Shown one piece after another: positions 23,804 through 36,752 of a stretch of DNA of 64,000 nt (the stretch's first letter is position 1; every line of letters starts with the position of its first letter). The stretch is from Basidiobolus meristosporus CBS 931.73. Lineage: Eukaryota; Fungi; Basidiobolomycota. The position numbers and the translations under genes were made by a program. The stretch is taken from assembly GCA_002104905.1 (NCBI GenBank), contig MCFE01000424.1, positions 1-64,000 of the forward strand, written 5' to 3'. The notes under the pieces were generated by a model, which worked only from the letters and a program-made list of their open reading frames with translations, was not told the origin of the DNA and did not search any database.

Positions 23804-24613
23804 TGCTGTGGTGGTGTTGAGGTACTCCTGGGAGAAGCTACACAACTCAAGGTGTGTGAGGTGTCTGATGGGTGCAATAACCTCTGTGTCTAAACTGCTG
23901 GTGTCTTTGTCAATATGTCACTATGGTAAAAGCTCCTGCTTCTCTAGCTTCCTAGGTGCTCCAAGTGTCTCCAAAGGCCTCTGTGTGTCTTGTGCACTAC
24001 CCTGAAAAGCTCCTTGATGGCAGGTCTGAGATGTACTGTTGAAGGCAGGTGCAGTGATCAACTGCTATTCAATAAGGGAGAAGTGTTACTCATAGAAGGG
24101 ATGATTTATTGATGAGGGATTGCTTTCCCTTAAATACTTTTCCTGATTGCCAAGTGATAACTAATGACAAGGTTCTAGAAGAATCTAGGGATCAGTGGAA
24201 CTCTTGATGACATCACTATGAGCTAAAAGTATGCCAAGAATGTCCTGGAAGGTTCTAAAAGACACAGCACATCCAACCAATCAGGAATCAGTAGTCAGAA
24301 ACCTGTGCAACATAGAAATACCATATATGGTATTGAAATGGTAGGGATGGCAACACAGACCTAGGTCATGTGTCATGGGTAATGATGCGGGTACTTGCCT
24401 TATGTAGATACATATACTAATCACAGAGCTGAATAACATCTGGGATAACCAATGCTAATAACTAATCAGGGTAAACATCATATGGGGATAATACTGATAA
24501 TATGGGCAAAAGAAGAATGGGATAATATTGATAAGATAAAATATGGATAAGTATATCATATTGGCTATATGAATAAACTTGTCTGTGGGAGGTATGTTTA
24601 CCCATCCACAACA
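23804..24613. mobile_element. Related solo LTR (about 810 bp) in the opposite orientation, inserted in the Copia protease
   Basis: Shares blocks in reverse complement with 22447-23516 (GGGTGCAATAACCTCTG, CAGCACATCCAACCAATCAGGAATC). Ends CCACAACA. No clean target duplication. Confidence 0.7.
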
Positions 24614-26559
24614 CCAAAAAGAACTTTTTACCCAATATCAAGAAATTCCAATTAAGAAGGTTTTCATGGGTGATGAAAGAACATTTATGCAGTGGGAGTA
24701 GGAACTATCCAAATGAACCTAAGAATCAGTGAAGGAAGCCATACACTGACTTTCAAAGAAGTACTCTATGCATTTTTGAATGGAGAACTTGATGGGGATG
24801 TGTATATGGTCCACCCTGATGGTTTTGTTGACCAAGATAACCCCCATTTGGTCTGCAAGCTTAAAAAGTCACTATATGGTCTCAAACAGTCACCAAGAGC
24901 CTGAAATTACAAGATCAACTCTTATTTGGAATCTTTGAGTTTCAAAAGGAGTAATGCCAACTATAGTATATACTATAAGCCAGATAGAGAAAATCCAGTT
25001 CTATTAGCTCTATAAGTTGATGATCTTATTATAGCTGCCAATAACCTAGAAACATTGGAAGAGACTAAATCCAGCCTATCAAAGGAGTTCAAGATGTCTG
25101 ATCTAGGAAAACTCAGTTACTACTTAGGGATTAAGTTCTCCATAGACAGAAGTACCCAGATTATTACCCTAAGCCAATCCAAGCATATTCAAGATATACT
25201 AAAGAAGTACCAAATGGAAGACTGTAAACCAGCAGCAACCCCAATGGAGACAAACCTTAACTTGGTCAAAACTCAACCAAATCAAGAGAGCTTGGTGCCA
25301 TCTGAAAGCCCTGACTTTCCTTATCAATCTATGATTGGCAGTCTGATGTATATCATGCTTGGAACATGTCCTGATATCTGATATTCAGTGGGAGTTGTCA
25401 GCCAACATAATCAGAATTATGGATCTGATCATATTGCAGCAGTTGAGCGGATTTTTAGATACCTAAAAGGAACTGCTGATATCTGCTTAAGATACACTTA
25501 TAAGGATTCTGAACAGGATCTTGTGGGATATTCTGATGCTGATTGGGGACAAAATTTGGAAGACAGAAGATCTACCACAGGATATACCTTTCTTTACTGC
25601 AAAGGAGCAATTTCATGGAATTCAAGAAAGCAACCAACAGTAACACTTTCTACCACAGAGGCAGAGTACATGGCAGCCTGTGAAGCTACAAAAGAAGCAA
25701 TGTGGCTAAGAAAGCTTTTTACAGATATAGGCCTATGTCAAAAAATGCCTATTACTTTATTTCAAGATAATCAAGGATGTATACAACTAGGTAGAAATCC
25801 AACTTTTCATGCTAGAACCAAGCACATGGATATTAGACATCAGTTCATATGTGAAGCTATAGAGAATAACTTAGTTAGCTTAGTTTACTGTCCTACAGAT
25901 GAAATGAGTGCAGACATATTTGCCAAACCATTAGCTAGAGACAACTTTGAATATCTTAGGTCAAAATTAGGACTATATGTATTCCTCAGTCTGATAAACA
26001 CAGGTCTTGAATAAGCAGCCTTGCCTTGGAAACATGTCTTGCCTTGTTGATCTACACCTAAGTCATTTCCTGGTCCTGCCTTGCCCAGCTTTACTCTCCT
26101 GCCTTGTGTCTATTCATAACAGTAGATGTGTTTGCAGAGAAAGGCAATTTGTCTACCACAGCCTCCACATTGTCCATTGTTGACAGAGTGGAGATCTCAC
26201 TGACAGACAAAGTAACATCTTTAAGAGCTCAATAGGTTATCATGATGTCTTCAGTGCAATTTTGGAACATTAATATGCACACCAAGAGGTTGCAGCACTT
26301 CAAGAGCAGTCATCAAGAAAACACACTTGAATATTGCAAGGATTTATTGCAAAGACTAGCAGATGAGGAGCTAAACCTTACAGTGCTGGCCAAAGACTGG
26401 AACATATGGGAACCAGTGAATGAACAGTGGCATAAAGCCACTGGGTTCCCTCCAAAGCCATGGAACCAGAGCATTAGAGCAGAAATACTTATTAAGTGGT
26501 GGATTTTAATGGAGTTACATGGCAATCATATAGCTTATGCTTAGGAATGTCTTCAGTAC

Positions 26560-27185
26560 ACATATGCAAAGCTTGGGGCTGTTTGGGCAACTTTGAGAAT
26601 TTTCATGTTCTTGGTACCTGATGCTTTGGTGAAAATATTCTAAGTAAATCCTAACAAGAAATTTGGTGAGTATTCTCAAAGGTCTGTAGGTAATGATCTA
26701 GGTGACCAAGTTAGGTGAGTATTTAGGTGGAATTACAAATTTTTACAACAGTCAAAGGCACTTGATATAGGGAACTTTTGGAAAAATTCCAGTAACAGCA
26801 TAAGTAGACATTCCAGAGAGTGACAGCCTAGGGCTCACGGTCTGTGGTACAAATCTTGAAGATATTGAAAGTAATAGGGAGTACTAGTAGATTATGTTGT
26901 TCAACCTGATGATTCAATGAATGCAAAAGTAACATTTGTACCTTTACATGGTCTTGGCAAAACAAACACACAAAGTATGCTTAGGAAGGCCCCAAGAGCA
27001 TGTTTGCAATGTCTGAGGCTGTATGGACAGCTCTGAGATATTTCATGCTCTAGGTTTCTGATGTTTAGGTGTATTCCAAGTAAATCCTGAGAAGGAATTT
27101 GGTCAGAATTCTCTTTGATTTGTACACTATGATACAAGTAACTAAGTTAGATCAATATTTAGGTGCAATTACAAAGCTTACAACA
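26560..27185 (-). repeat. Two reverse-oriented Copia LTR fragments (about 26560-26750 and 26890-27185)
   Basis: Reverse complement of the family LTR; both end in ..AATTACAAA..TTACAACA. Confidence 0.8.
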
Positions 27186-27814
27186 AAATTATGGTGTAAT
27201 ACAAATTTACAAGACACAAGTTGAGTGAAATATTCTGCAGGAAGATTTTGAGGACCTTTGAGGGATTGGGAGAGCTGTATGATTTGCCTATCCACATGTA
27301 GGTTTTTTACAACTACAAGAAGCACTTGCACTTCATTGAGTATTAATGATAAGAATGTTACCAAATGATTACAAGAAGTGATGTTTGTTACTTGGATCTG
27401 ACTGAAAACTCAATGAGCTACTATGGACTTCAACAATTCAAAGGGTAAGCTGGCATCAAACCACATCTATCATCAATCATGGAGAATTTTGCAAGCAGTA
27501 GAAACGCATACTGTTGCCATGGTTTGGTCTGACAACCAAGTGAATGAAATACGTATGCTGCACTGGCGATTTTTGTTGCCTGATGGCGGACCCCATTTCA
27601 TTCCAGCAGGAGTATACGTAACAAACCAACAGCGCGCACTGATTCGAGGATTGATATGGCAGCTTAGTGGGATGGAGATGATTTCGGGCCAAGCCAACGC
27701 AATTTCCAGACGAATTTGGAAACAAAATTTTACCCATGAGGAATGGCTGTGGACAAGTGGCTTGTAACTGTTTTTCTTGCCGGAGGCTTGCGACCAGATT
27801 CTTAGTCATCGGAT

Positions 27815-30511
27815 ATGCAGTTGTTGAAAACATTTCTTCTGGCGTTTGGTCTCCAGTCCATCAGTGCACTGAATCTCACACCAGACACCTACGAGGAGAA
27901 CGTCAGCTCGGGCATCTGGTAAGTCCACGTTCCCCACCTCTCCTCCCCGTCCCATCCATTTACTCACGGCGAGATTGGCTTCCTGGGGGTGGTAGGTTCG
28001 TTCAGTTTTATTCCCCGTACTGTCGATACTGCCGAGAATTAGGTATTTCTCAGCCAGCTGGACACTTCTGTGTGCTTTCTTCTAATCACCTCGACAGCCC
28101 CCTTGTGGAACGAGCTTGATCTCAAATTGGCACCTAAGGTTGAAGGGAAGGATTTCCACCTTGCCCGCGTGGATTGCATCGAATTCAAAGGTACCTAGGA
28201 CCAGCTCCATACCAACTGTCTTACGTCATCTCACCTTGTGAAACCCCGGCCATGACAGAATTTTGCGAGCAGCGCGGCGTTACCGAGTATCCCACCCTCC
28301 ACCTGTAAGTAGCCTATTTTTGGAACAAGTGAGCGTGACGGGTGAGCTGAAAGTTGCTCTGCTTCAACAGATTCAAACAAGGAGAAAAAGTTGATCAATT
28401 CACCGGGGTTAGAAGCTACGACAACTTCGAACAATTTTTATTGCCTCGCATTGGAAACGCCCAGCTGGTAAGAGTCCTCTACAACCCACCAGGGCATCCG
28501 TCCAAGCACTTCGGCTAACAGCGGCAAAAGTCGGAAGACGCCCCCGAGTCTGTCCCTGCGGAACAGGTGGTGATTAATGCCCCTACCGAACAAGGCCCTC
28601 CGATCAACCCCGACGGTGAAGTGGTTATATTGGACTCCGACTCATTCGACAAGGTAACCCAGCCCCATCGTCTGTTGTCGCTGCCGACCAATACTCACCA
28701 GCATATTCCTTAGCTCACTGGGCCCTGGTTTATTGTAAGCTTTGAGTAATCTAGTGTGCATGTTGCCTGTCTAACCGACCCCAAGAAATTCTTTGCTCCA
28801 TGGTGCGGGCACTGTAAAAAAGTAAGTATCCTGCACCTCTGCCCTGTTGTAATCCCATGCTAACCGGGAGCAGTTAGGTATGGTTCATTTGAAGCGAATT
28901 CTTCCCCTGCAGGCAGCCAACCATCTCGTAAATAGCGCCCACCTGGGAAGAACTCGGCTCGAAACTCAAGAACACGATCAACGTAGGGTCTGTGGACTGC
29001 ACTGACCACGAAGGTACATCTTGAGCATTTACCGATTTCCTGGCAACATTTGCTAAAGCCTTCAGCCAGGCATCTGCAAAAGAAATGAGATCAGAGGCTA
29101 CCCCACTCTGAAATTGTATCCTTGAAGCCATGTTCCCGCTAATGCGCATCTCCAAATCTCTTACCCGTCCTTAATCCACTCGAAGCCTCCAGGACGGCAA
29201 CTCCATATCTTACTCTGGGCCCCGCACCCTGGAAAAGCTCTCAGACTTCGCCCTCAAGGCCTCGAAGTAAGAACCCGCATCTCCCTCCCTCATGTCGCAT
29301 CAGGATACTCAGCCAATTCTACCAGCTCGAAAATCGAAGAGGTGAACCCCAACCAGCTGGATCAAATCAAGTCTGGAAACGTTACTTTCGTTTATTTCCA
29401 CAGCGAGACGTCACCAGAAGAACCTTTGGTAATTTGCTCAGTGCAGTGTACTACAGAGGCCGGGACTAACACTGCTACTTAGAACACCGTCAAGAGCGTG
29501 GTAAACACACTTTTCATCCATTCATTTTTCTACACCTCCAGCAACCCCAAGATTGCCGAGGAGTTGGGCATTCGCCAAACACCAGCATTGGTCGTCTTCA
29601 AAGAGGGTCTTCGCCGACAGTACGAAAATCCCCTCGACGACAAAGCAGCGGTGCAAGAGTGGATCACCACCGAGCAATTCCCTCTCCTCACCCAGATTGA
29701 ATCACAAAACTCCGAGGCGTTGCTGAGGTCTCCTCATCTGGTTGTTATGGGGGTTTTGGACCCATCGAGCGCCGATTTCCCCCAGTCGTTGCAGCAACTC
29801 CATGACTCCGCCAGCGAATACTACATGCAGGAAACTACGAAATCCTTAGAGCATGTTACTTTTGTTTGGATCGATGGGGTTCAGTGGGCCAGATATGTAT
29901 CGAAAGTATTCTCAATCACGGAGAAGTCCATGCCATCCGTTATCCTCGCACATCTTAAGGTGGAAGCCGAAAGGCCACTCAACGCGCATTTCCCAACATC
30001 TACTCACATTCGTTTATTGAGCCAGGATGACACCTATTACGACGCCGACGCTCAGGAAGTACGCCTCTTAGTCCAAAAAGATGGCATCTTGAAAGCGATC
30101 TCGGCTGCCCAGAATGGAGAGCTAAAGGCAAGGCTCCTGGAATGGTCTCTTGTGGAAACCTCGACTAACTGAATAGATTCTAGGGTAAGAGCACGCTGGA
30201 TTTCTTCTCCAGAGGCACCAAGGTTAGTACATCCAGCGAACCTGCACGAGTGAGGCCGACGCTAACTCACCATCCCCCTCTTGTAGAGAGTTTACGTATT
30301 TCTGAGCCCCGTTGTGGTAACTACCGAGTTGTATGGTGTAATCCACGCGTCTTGACGTATTCACATTTGTCTCCGCTAGGTGTTCTTCAAGAACTATCCG
30401 CTGGCGATCGTTGGTGTGCTGCTCGCAGCCATTGCTGCCACAGTTTATTTAGTTATCAGATGTCTTGACGACGATTCAAGCACGTATGAGGAGCATGTGA
30501 AAGAGGAGTAA
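27815..30511 (+). CDS. Multi-exon ER protein disulfide isomerase family protein with C-terminal TM anchor (Eps1/TMX-like architecture)
   Basis: Signal peptide MQLLKTFLLAFGLQSISA. Thioredoxin 1 WFVQFYSPYCRYCRELAPLW (CRYC at 28021-28032); thioredoxin 2 KFFAPWCGHCKK (28801-28815). b-type domains in 29498-30172; TM YPLAIVGVLLAAIAATVYLVI; ends HVKEE-stop. Short GT-AG introns. Confidence 0.9.
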
Positions 30512-31048
30512 GCCCGACTGGCGCGTGTGGCCGTATTCCTCCGGATCGCCTATCCCCCCCCCTATCCTCATCTACCCTTGATTCTTGTTTCACGAGAGGC
30601 TCAGCATCTTGAATTTATTAAATGTTTGTTTATGTTTGCACAATGACATTGATGGGATCACGTGATCACGTTGACATTCGCCGTGTTTGTTTGCGGGCAG
30701 CACGTGCCGTGGTGTCGATGGCCAGGAGGGATGGAGATATCCAGGCCATATGCTTAGTCACGCCATGGCCGAACATATAATGATGGAGACAGATCTGAAG
30801 GACTAAACAAAAGTGAGATATCGGTGGGCAGGACGAATAAAATCTGGTTTATGGTGATAATAAGAAAAATCATCATAATATTCCAGTGGAAATCGCAGCA
30901 GAGCGACTCCCAAATTTTAAATGCTGTCACGAAAAAAAAAACCCCTCTCATTCGTGAACGAGAGTACCATCCATTCTGAGGAACTGTTCGTTTCTTTTTT
31001 GCGGTCCCATTCATATATCGAAGGAATCCGTTTGTGAATTGTATTTCA

Positions 31049-34000
31049 ATGTTTGGTAGTAGCGGATTTGGAAGCTCAAGTTTCGGAGGAACCTCAGGTT
31101 TTGGCCAACAAGCAAATCAAAATCAGAATCAGAATCAAGGTTCGATGTTTGGTCAGACCTCGAACACTTTCGGGGGTTCAAGCGGAGGTAGTTCGGTTGT
31201 TCGTGTTATTCTCGGCTACAAATCGTTAAATTCATCTTCGTTCTTACAGGCTTCGGACAACAATCCAACACTGGTGGTTTTGGCTCAACCTCTACCTTCG
31301 GCCAACCACAGCAACAATCTGGCTTTGGCTCCACCGGTAGATCGCGCTTAACATAATCCCGCCGATTCTAGCAACTGACTCCAACTTTTGACAGGTGCTT
31401 TCGGAGGAACATCAACCGGCTTCGGATCGCAGCCACAACAATCTGGTTTCGGCTCAGGCGGACTTTTTGGTTCCAGTAAGTTTCTCTTTTCCCACAGCTA
31501 CTTTTGCCAGATCAACTCATCCGATCGATAGATACCGCTGCTCCAGCCTCAAACACAAGCTTTGGTTTTGGCAGTATGACTAATATCTAGTTGCAGAAGT
31601 ATCCAAACACCAAAACACGCATACTGAATGATATTTATTATTTTAGATTCATCGACCACCCCAGCTTTTGGCTCAACACCAAGCTCCACGGGTGTGTTTG
31701 GACAAAGTTCGAACACTGGAAATACCTTTGGCTCTACCACCACCAGTGGCGGTTTGTTTGGCAACACTAACACAAATGCCACTGGCGCATTTGGCGGAGC
31801 CACGTCTGGTTTTGGGAGTGGAATGGCCAATACTGGAAATGGAACCGCTTCACCGGCTTATAGTGTTACCCAGGAGAAGGATTCTAGCACAGGTGTGATC
31901 ACCCTCTTGCAAAGTATCAGTGCCATGCCTGCCTATCGAAACTTCTCATTTGAAGAATTGAGAGTGCAGGATTATCAGCAAGGTAGGAAGACAGCCGGCC
32001 AGGCTGGAACTACTGGAGGGGCATTTGGCTCCACTAATTCTACCACGTTTGGCGGAAGTACCTTTGGAAGCAATACAAATAGTACCGGATTCGGATCTAC
32101 ACCTACATCCACCGGAACATCTCTCTTTGGTAATACCACCGCAAGCACAGGCTTTGGGCAGCCATCAACTGGGTTTGGCAGCACTTCAGCCCCCAGCTTT
32201 GGAGCGACTACCCCCTCAACAGGTAACTCCAGCAGCAACCTATCAAGGGTTGTTCTTGTACTAAAGTTTTGACAATACTAATAGGATTGTTTGGCTCCAA
32301 TGCCACCACCACCGGTACCTCCGCCGCCACCACCTCTCCTTTCGGCCAACCTGCCAATACGGGCGGGTTTGGAAACACCACTTCATTCGGTCAAAACACT
32401 AACAACTCAAGCTTTGGGGCCGGAACCGGCTTTGGCAATACAGCAGCCAAACCCACATTTGGTTTTGGCTCCACCAACACCACACCAACCTCAACTTTTG
32501 GCGCAGCACCATCGACCTTCGGAAATACCAACACTAATCAAAGCACCGGCTTTGGATTTGGAGGCACATCAACCGCCACCACTACTCCAGCATTTGGAGC
32601 TACAAACACCAATACAGGCTTTGGATTTAACGCACCAGCGTCTACTGCTCCCGCCACCTCCACTCCATCATTTGGGTTTGGTAATACCGCTGGATCCACC
32701 TTTGGTGCTGCCAAACCTGCCGCCAACAGTTTCTCGTTTGGTGCCAACACTAACACCACTGGAACCACTCTAGCAAAGCCATCCTTTGGGGGCTTTGGCA
32801 ATGCTACCTCAACCACCACCACCACTCCTAGCTTGTTCGGTAATACTAATGCCTCGAGCACCCCTAGTTTATTCGGAAATACTGCCACCTCCACTACCAC
32901 TACCCCAAGTCTCTTCGGCAACACCGCCTCAACTGTAACTTCTAATCCATTTGGGGCATCCACCGCCGCATCCGGCACCACCGCTGGCAGTAGTTTGTTT
33001 GCACCAAAGCCTACCCTTGGTGGCTCCTCTCTATTCTCGAACCCATCCACTACAGGCACCGGACTGGGCTCATTTGGCACCAATAGCACAGCTGGTGGCC
33101 TTTCAACTCTTTCAAGTGCCGCTCCAAACGCCACACCTGCCAATCAAACCGGACTACAGGCCGCCATCGACAAGAATCCTTACGGAAACAACCCACTCTT
33201 CTCCTCGCTCCCAGCCACCAGTTCACCTTTGCCGGCCGCACCATTGCGAAGCAGTGTCGCCACGGAAAGCGCACCCACCAACGGGCAAGCCACACAGAAA
33301 AAGAAAACCGGATCCACCTTGCACTTCAAGTCTGCCCCACGATCAGTCGCCAAGATCAAGCTTCGTGGATTCAGTTCTCAGTCTCCCCTTAGAGCATCCA
33401 CCCCCAAATCAAATACCGTATCTGAGAATGGCAACAACGACCCACTCTTGAGTCCGGATGCTTACACCCCCAACTCTAGCGTTAAGCGGTTGAACATCTC
33501 TCGCTCTAACCCCACCACTCCGCTCAAGGAGCTTCAGACGGACAAGATTCTTGGAAACCACTCGCCTCTCAGTGACCTCAACCATACCCCCAAGAATGGA
33601 ACCTTGGATCAAGTGCTCCACAGCCTGTCTACCACGCCTCAGAAGTCCCCGTCTCAACCCATTTCTTCTGCACGCTTGAACGAATCCACCCGTAGCTATG
33701 GGGACGAAAGCGTCGCGACCACCCAGCCGGACGGGGAATACTGGGTCTCTCCCTCGATAGCTGAGCTCAAGAAGATGACCCCCGGACAACTCAAGAGAGT
33801 CGAAGATTTCGAGGTGGGACGTACCGGGTACGGAAAGGTTCGATTCCTGGAGCCAGTGGATTTGTCGGATATCGCCTCGTTGGATAGCATCCCCGGGGAG
33901 ATTGTGATCTTCGAGAAGAAGGTGTGCATCGTGTTCCCAGACGAAGCCAACAAGCCGCCCCCAGGCAAGGGATTGAACGCCCCAGCAGTGGTCACATTGA

Positions 34001-34164
34001 ACAACTGTTGGCCCATCGACAAGGCCACGAGACAGCCCATACGCGATATGAAACATCCCAAGTTACAGCAACATGTGAAGAAGCTGAAGGCCATGGCCGA
34101 GACTCAATTCTTAGATTTCAACTACGAGACAGCCACCTGGTCGTTCATGGTGAATCATTTCTAA
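31049..34164 (+). CDS. NUP98: Nup98/Nup145N-like FG nucleoporin without fused Nup96
   Basis: FG/SLFG repeats. GLEBS motif QSISAMPAYRNFSFEELRVQDYQQG (about 31830-31990). Autoproteolytic domain FEVGRTGYGKVRF..GKGLN..ETATWSFMVNHF-stop. About five short introns in the 5' part. Confidence 0.95.
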
Positions 34165-34224
34165 CGGAGGTGGTCTGCATGAAGATTCCCTGGACACAGC
34201 GGGTTCACGCCCCTGCTTCTGCCC

Positions 34225-34276
34225 GTTCCCTTTCCTTCCTCCCCCTCCCCTCCCCTTCCCTTCCCTTCCCTTCCCC
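34225..34276. repeat. (CCCTT/CCCCT)n pyrimidine microsatellite in the NUP98 3' flank
   Basis: Seen directly in the sequence. Confidence 0.9.
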
Positions 34277-36752
34277 GACTATTTTTCATTTCTTTTATTC
34301 ATTTTCCCGAGTAGGATAGACCCGAAGATATGTTCACCAATTGCTAAATGATTAAAACGGCCAAGATTTCCTTAGATCGGTGGTTTGAGAATTCCTGGTG
34401 CGGTTGTTACGCTACGGTCCGTTTAGACCAGCTCAGGGACTATTTGCGCGCGGTCAAGTACCGGTGGGGTTACAGCCAACCAACAGGACTCGAGTGGCCT
34501 GTGCAGAACTCTAATTTCATTCCACAGCATTCATGGGATTTGGTTGGGGGGAATGGGCCTCGATAGTCCCAAATCTCGTCCGCCAACCATGCCCCGCATG
34601 AATCGGGATAGGTGCGGTCGACGCAGCTCCACTACTCAACATGGGTATGATTTGCGGTGGCATGGTTGTGCAGCAGGTTGGCGTGAGTATGCATCAACAA
34701 ACCGGGCCGTCTCGGTTCCAGCAGAACGAAATCGGGCATGGGTGGGCTACGCAACGGGAAATATGCTGGTGGATCAAACCGATCCCCGGACTTGGCGTTG
34801 TTCGAAAGCACATGCTCATTTGAAACACCCATGGAAACGGTTGGCCATCACATCCTCGAATCCGGCCAGATTTTCTCACCCAAGGGGTATGAGTTGGGCT
34901 GTGGAACGCTGCCCTCTGCCGTTATGGGTTGGTGCACCGCCTGACGCCTCCAGAGCCATGTGAAAAAGCCATGAATCCCTCTCGTGAACGCTACACGAAT
35001 TGCCGAACTCCAGGCGAAACTCGCTGGCTTCGCTCGCAACATGTCGATCCCATTTCCGCCACGAGCAGGAAATGGCGTGGTGACGGCTGAAACTTGGGAT
35101 TGCTACGTACTAGGGAATCGACTCAGGCCATTGTCAGCATTGGGTGTGGGTCGCTGGGCCATCGGTGCCACAGTCGAGGATTCGTCGTGTTGTGGAAGAT
35201 TGGTTCCAACCCGACTACTCATTTCCCCGATTTGGAAATGGTCAGGCTGCTCTATGGACGATGGGATGGATGGTGGAATCTAACAAATCCAAGTTGGAGG
35301 CCTGAGGGATCCCAGGATCATCCGGAGAGCCTTTCCATTGGCTAGGGCATTTCCCTCGAAATTGGTGGCATCCCGTCGCATCTATCGAGCACCAAGGTTA
35401 AGGTGAAGCAATGTGAGCTAGATCTGGGTGAGCTGGCCCGTCCGTGTAACCTGAATGCTCGACTGGAACTTCCTGATGATTCATCGAGAGTCAGTCAACC
35501 CATGGTCCTACGACCAGCACTACGATTTCTACACTCCAGGAGACAGCGGCCAGCCCGCCCAATAACGCTCATGGGATCAATCCCTCCTCTCCAGGCCTGT
35601 GCGTGCAACCTCTAAACGGCCCGGTTGCTGCCCAGCGACTCTAGATGCCTGATGGGTGTGCCAAACCACCTGCCGACACGGGAAACTTGGGAAGAAATCG
35701 CCATCACCAATTTAACTCTTTTTGGAAATATTTATCAGCATTTGCTTAACTATGTTTGGACAATCCCGACGCGGGTGGACGAAAGTGGAAATCGAGCGCT
35801 GCTTCGAGTAAAGTAGTACGGCTCACCTTTTCATTTAAGGATCCATGTGAATGAAGGGTTCAGCAGATCCATCGATACGCTAGCAAGGCATCTGCGGACC
35901 AAATAAGGATGGGTTAGAGTGCGTTAACCTTACCAATAACCAAAGCCTTCTAGAAAGGGCCCAAATCAAGTTGCTGGGAGCCAGGATCCAGCAGCCCCTC
36001 TGATGCCACCTCCAACAAAGCACCTTTCGGGCCGCATAGAGCGCAGAGGAATAAGGGCCGGGAATTGGATTCCCACCACCATCATCTAACCAGCCCGCTT
36101 GGATCAAGAGCCCCTCTGGTGCTCACCAAACGAGATAGCGCGCAGAAGGATGGTAATTTCTCCAAAAGATTAGAAATGCCGTGGTTGCGGCGGCCACTTC
36201 AAAACAAATAGATAATGATGTGACAGATAATCGGAAACCTTGTGGCATCTGGCACTTGAGATATTTTACATATATATACAAATGATGTTACAGGTGCGCA
36301 TTCTGGTGACCACAATCCCCAAACCCTTGAGTCATATCTATTGATCAGGAATGCATCTAATCCAGCGCCTTCTCATCTGCCTTGGCCTTGACAGCCGCAC
36401 GCACATACACACACACACACACACCCATGCACACCAAAAATGACCATCTTGTCTTACACCGTACTCATCAACCACCGTGGTTTATCACGGGTTCTTGGAC
36501 AGCATCAAACCGATGTCTGAAAGCACCGTGTTGGCCGTCAGCTGATGCTGCCAAGACTGACAGACTGGTCAACCCACCCAAACCTGTTAGGAAAATATGC
36601 CAATGTCCTTGGTGGATGTCATCAAGGGTGATCTCGAAGCCCATCTTCGCGCTGACTTCGATCCCTAGGATCGTCCATATTGGGAATTGTATTCGTGGTG
36701 ATGTTACCTTCATCGCAACATCGCGCTAATGGGAATGTCATGTCTTTCCATT

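Larger units (their letters stand above)
21495..25975 (+). mobile_element. Copia copy D: 5' LTR (about 21495-21831), PBS, gag, protease remnant, internal deletion, RT and RNase H
   Basis: LTR ends CTCTTACAACA followed by GGTTATGAGCCC. Gag N-terminus EKLNGSNYQVWKLKMKMLL. Protease joins RT directly at about 24770, so integrase is missing. RNase H ORF 25388-26014 is open. Confidence 0.95.

Noticed and set aside
25976-26560. KDZ/Zisupton or other transposase fragment
   Set aside because: CpG-depleted and TE-like, but no diagnostic motif could be confirmed by eye.
27736-28119. ORF MRNGCGQ.. as the PDI start
   Set aside because: The signal-peptide frame starting at 27815 splices cleanly into the thioredoxin exon; this ORF runs through introns.
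32291-34319. Long overlapping and antisense ORFs over NUP98
   Set aside because: Shadow frames of low-complexity FG/Thr/Ser codon usage.
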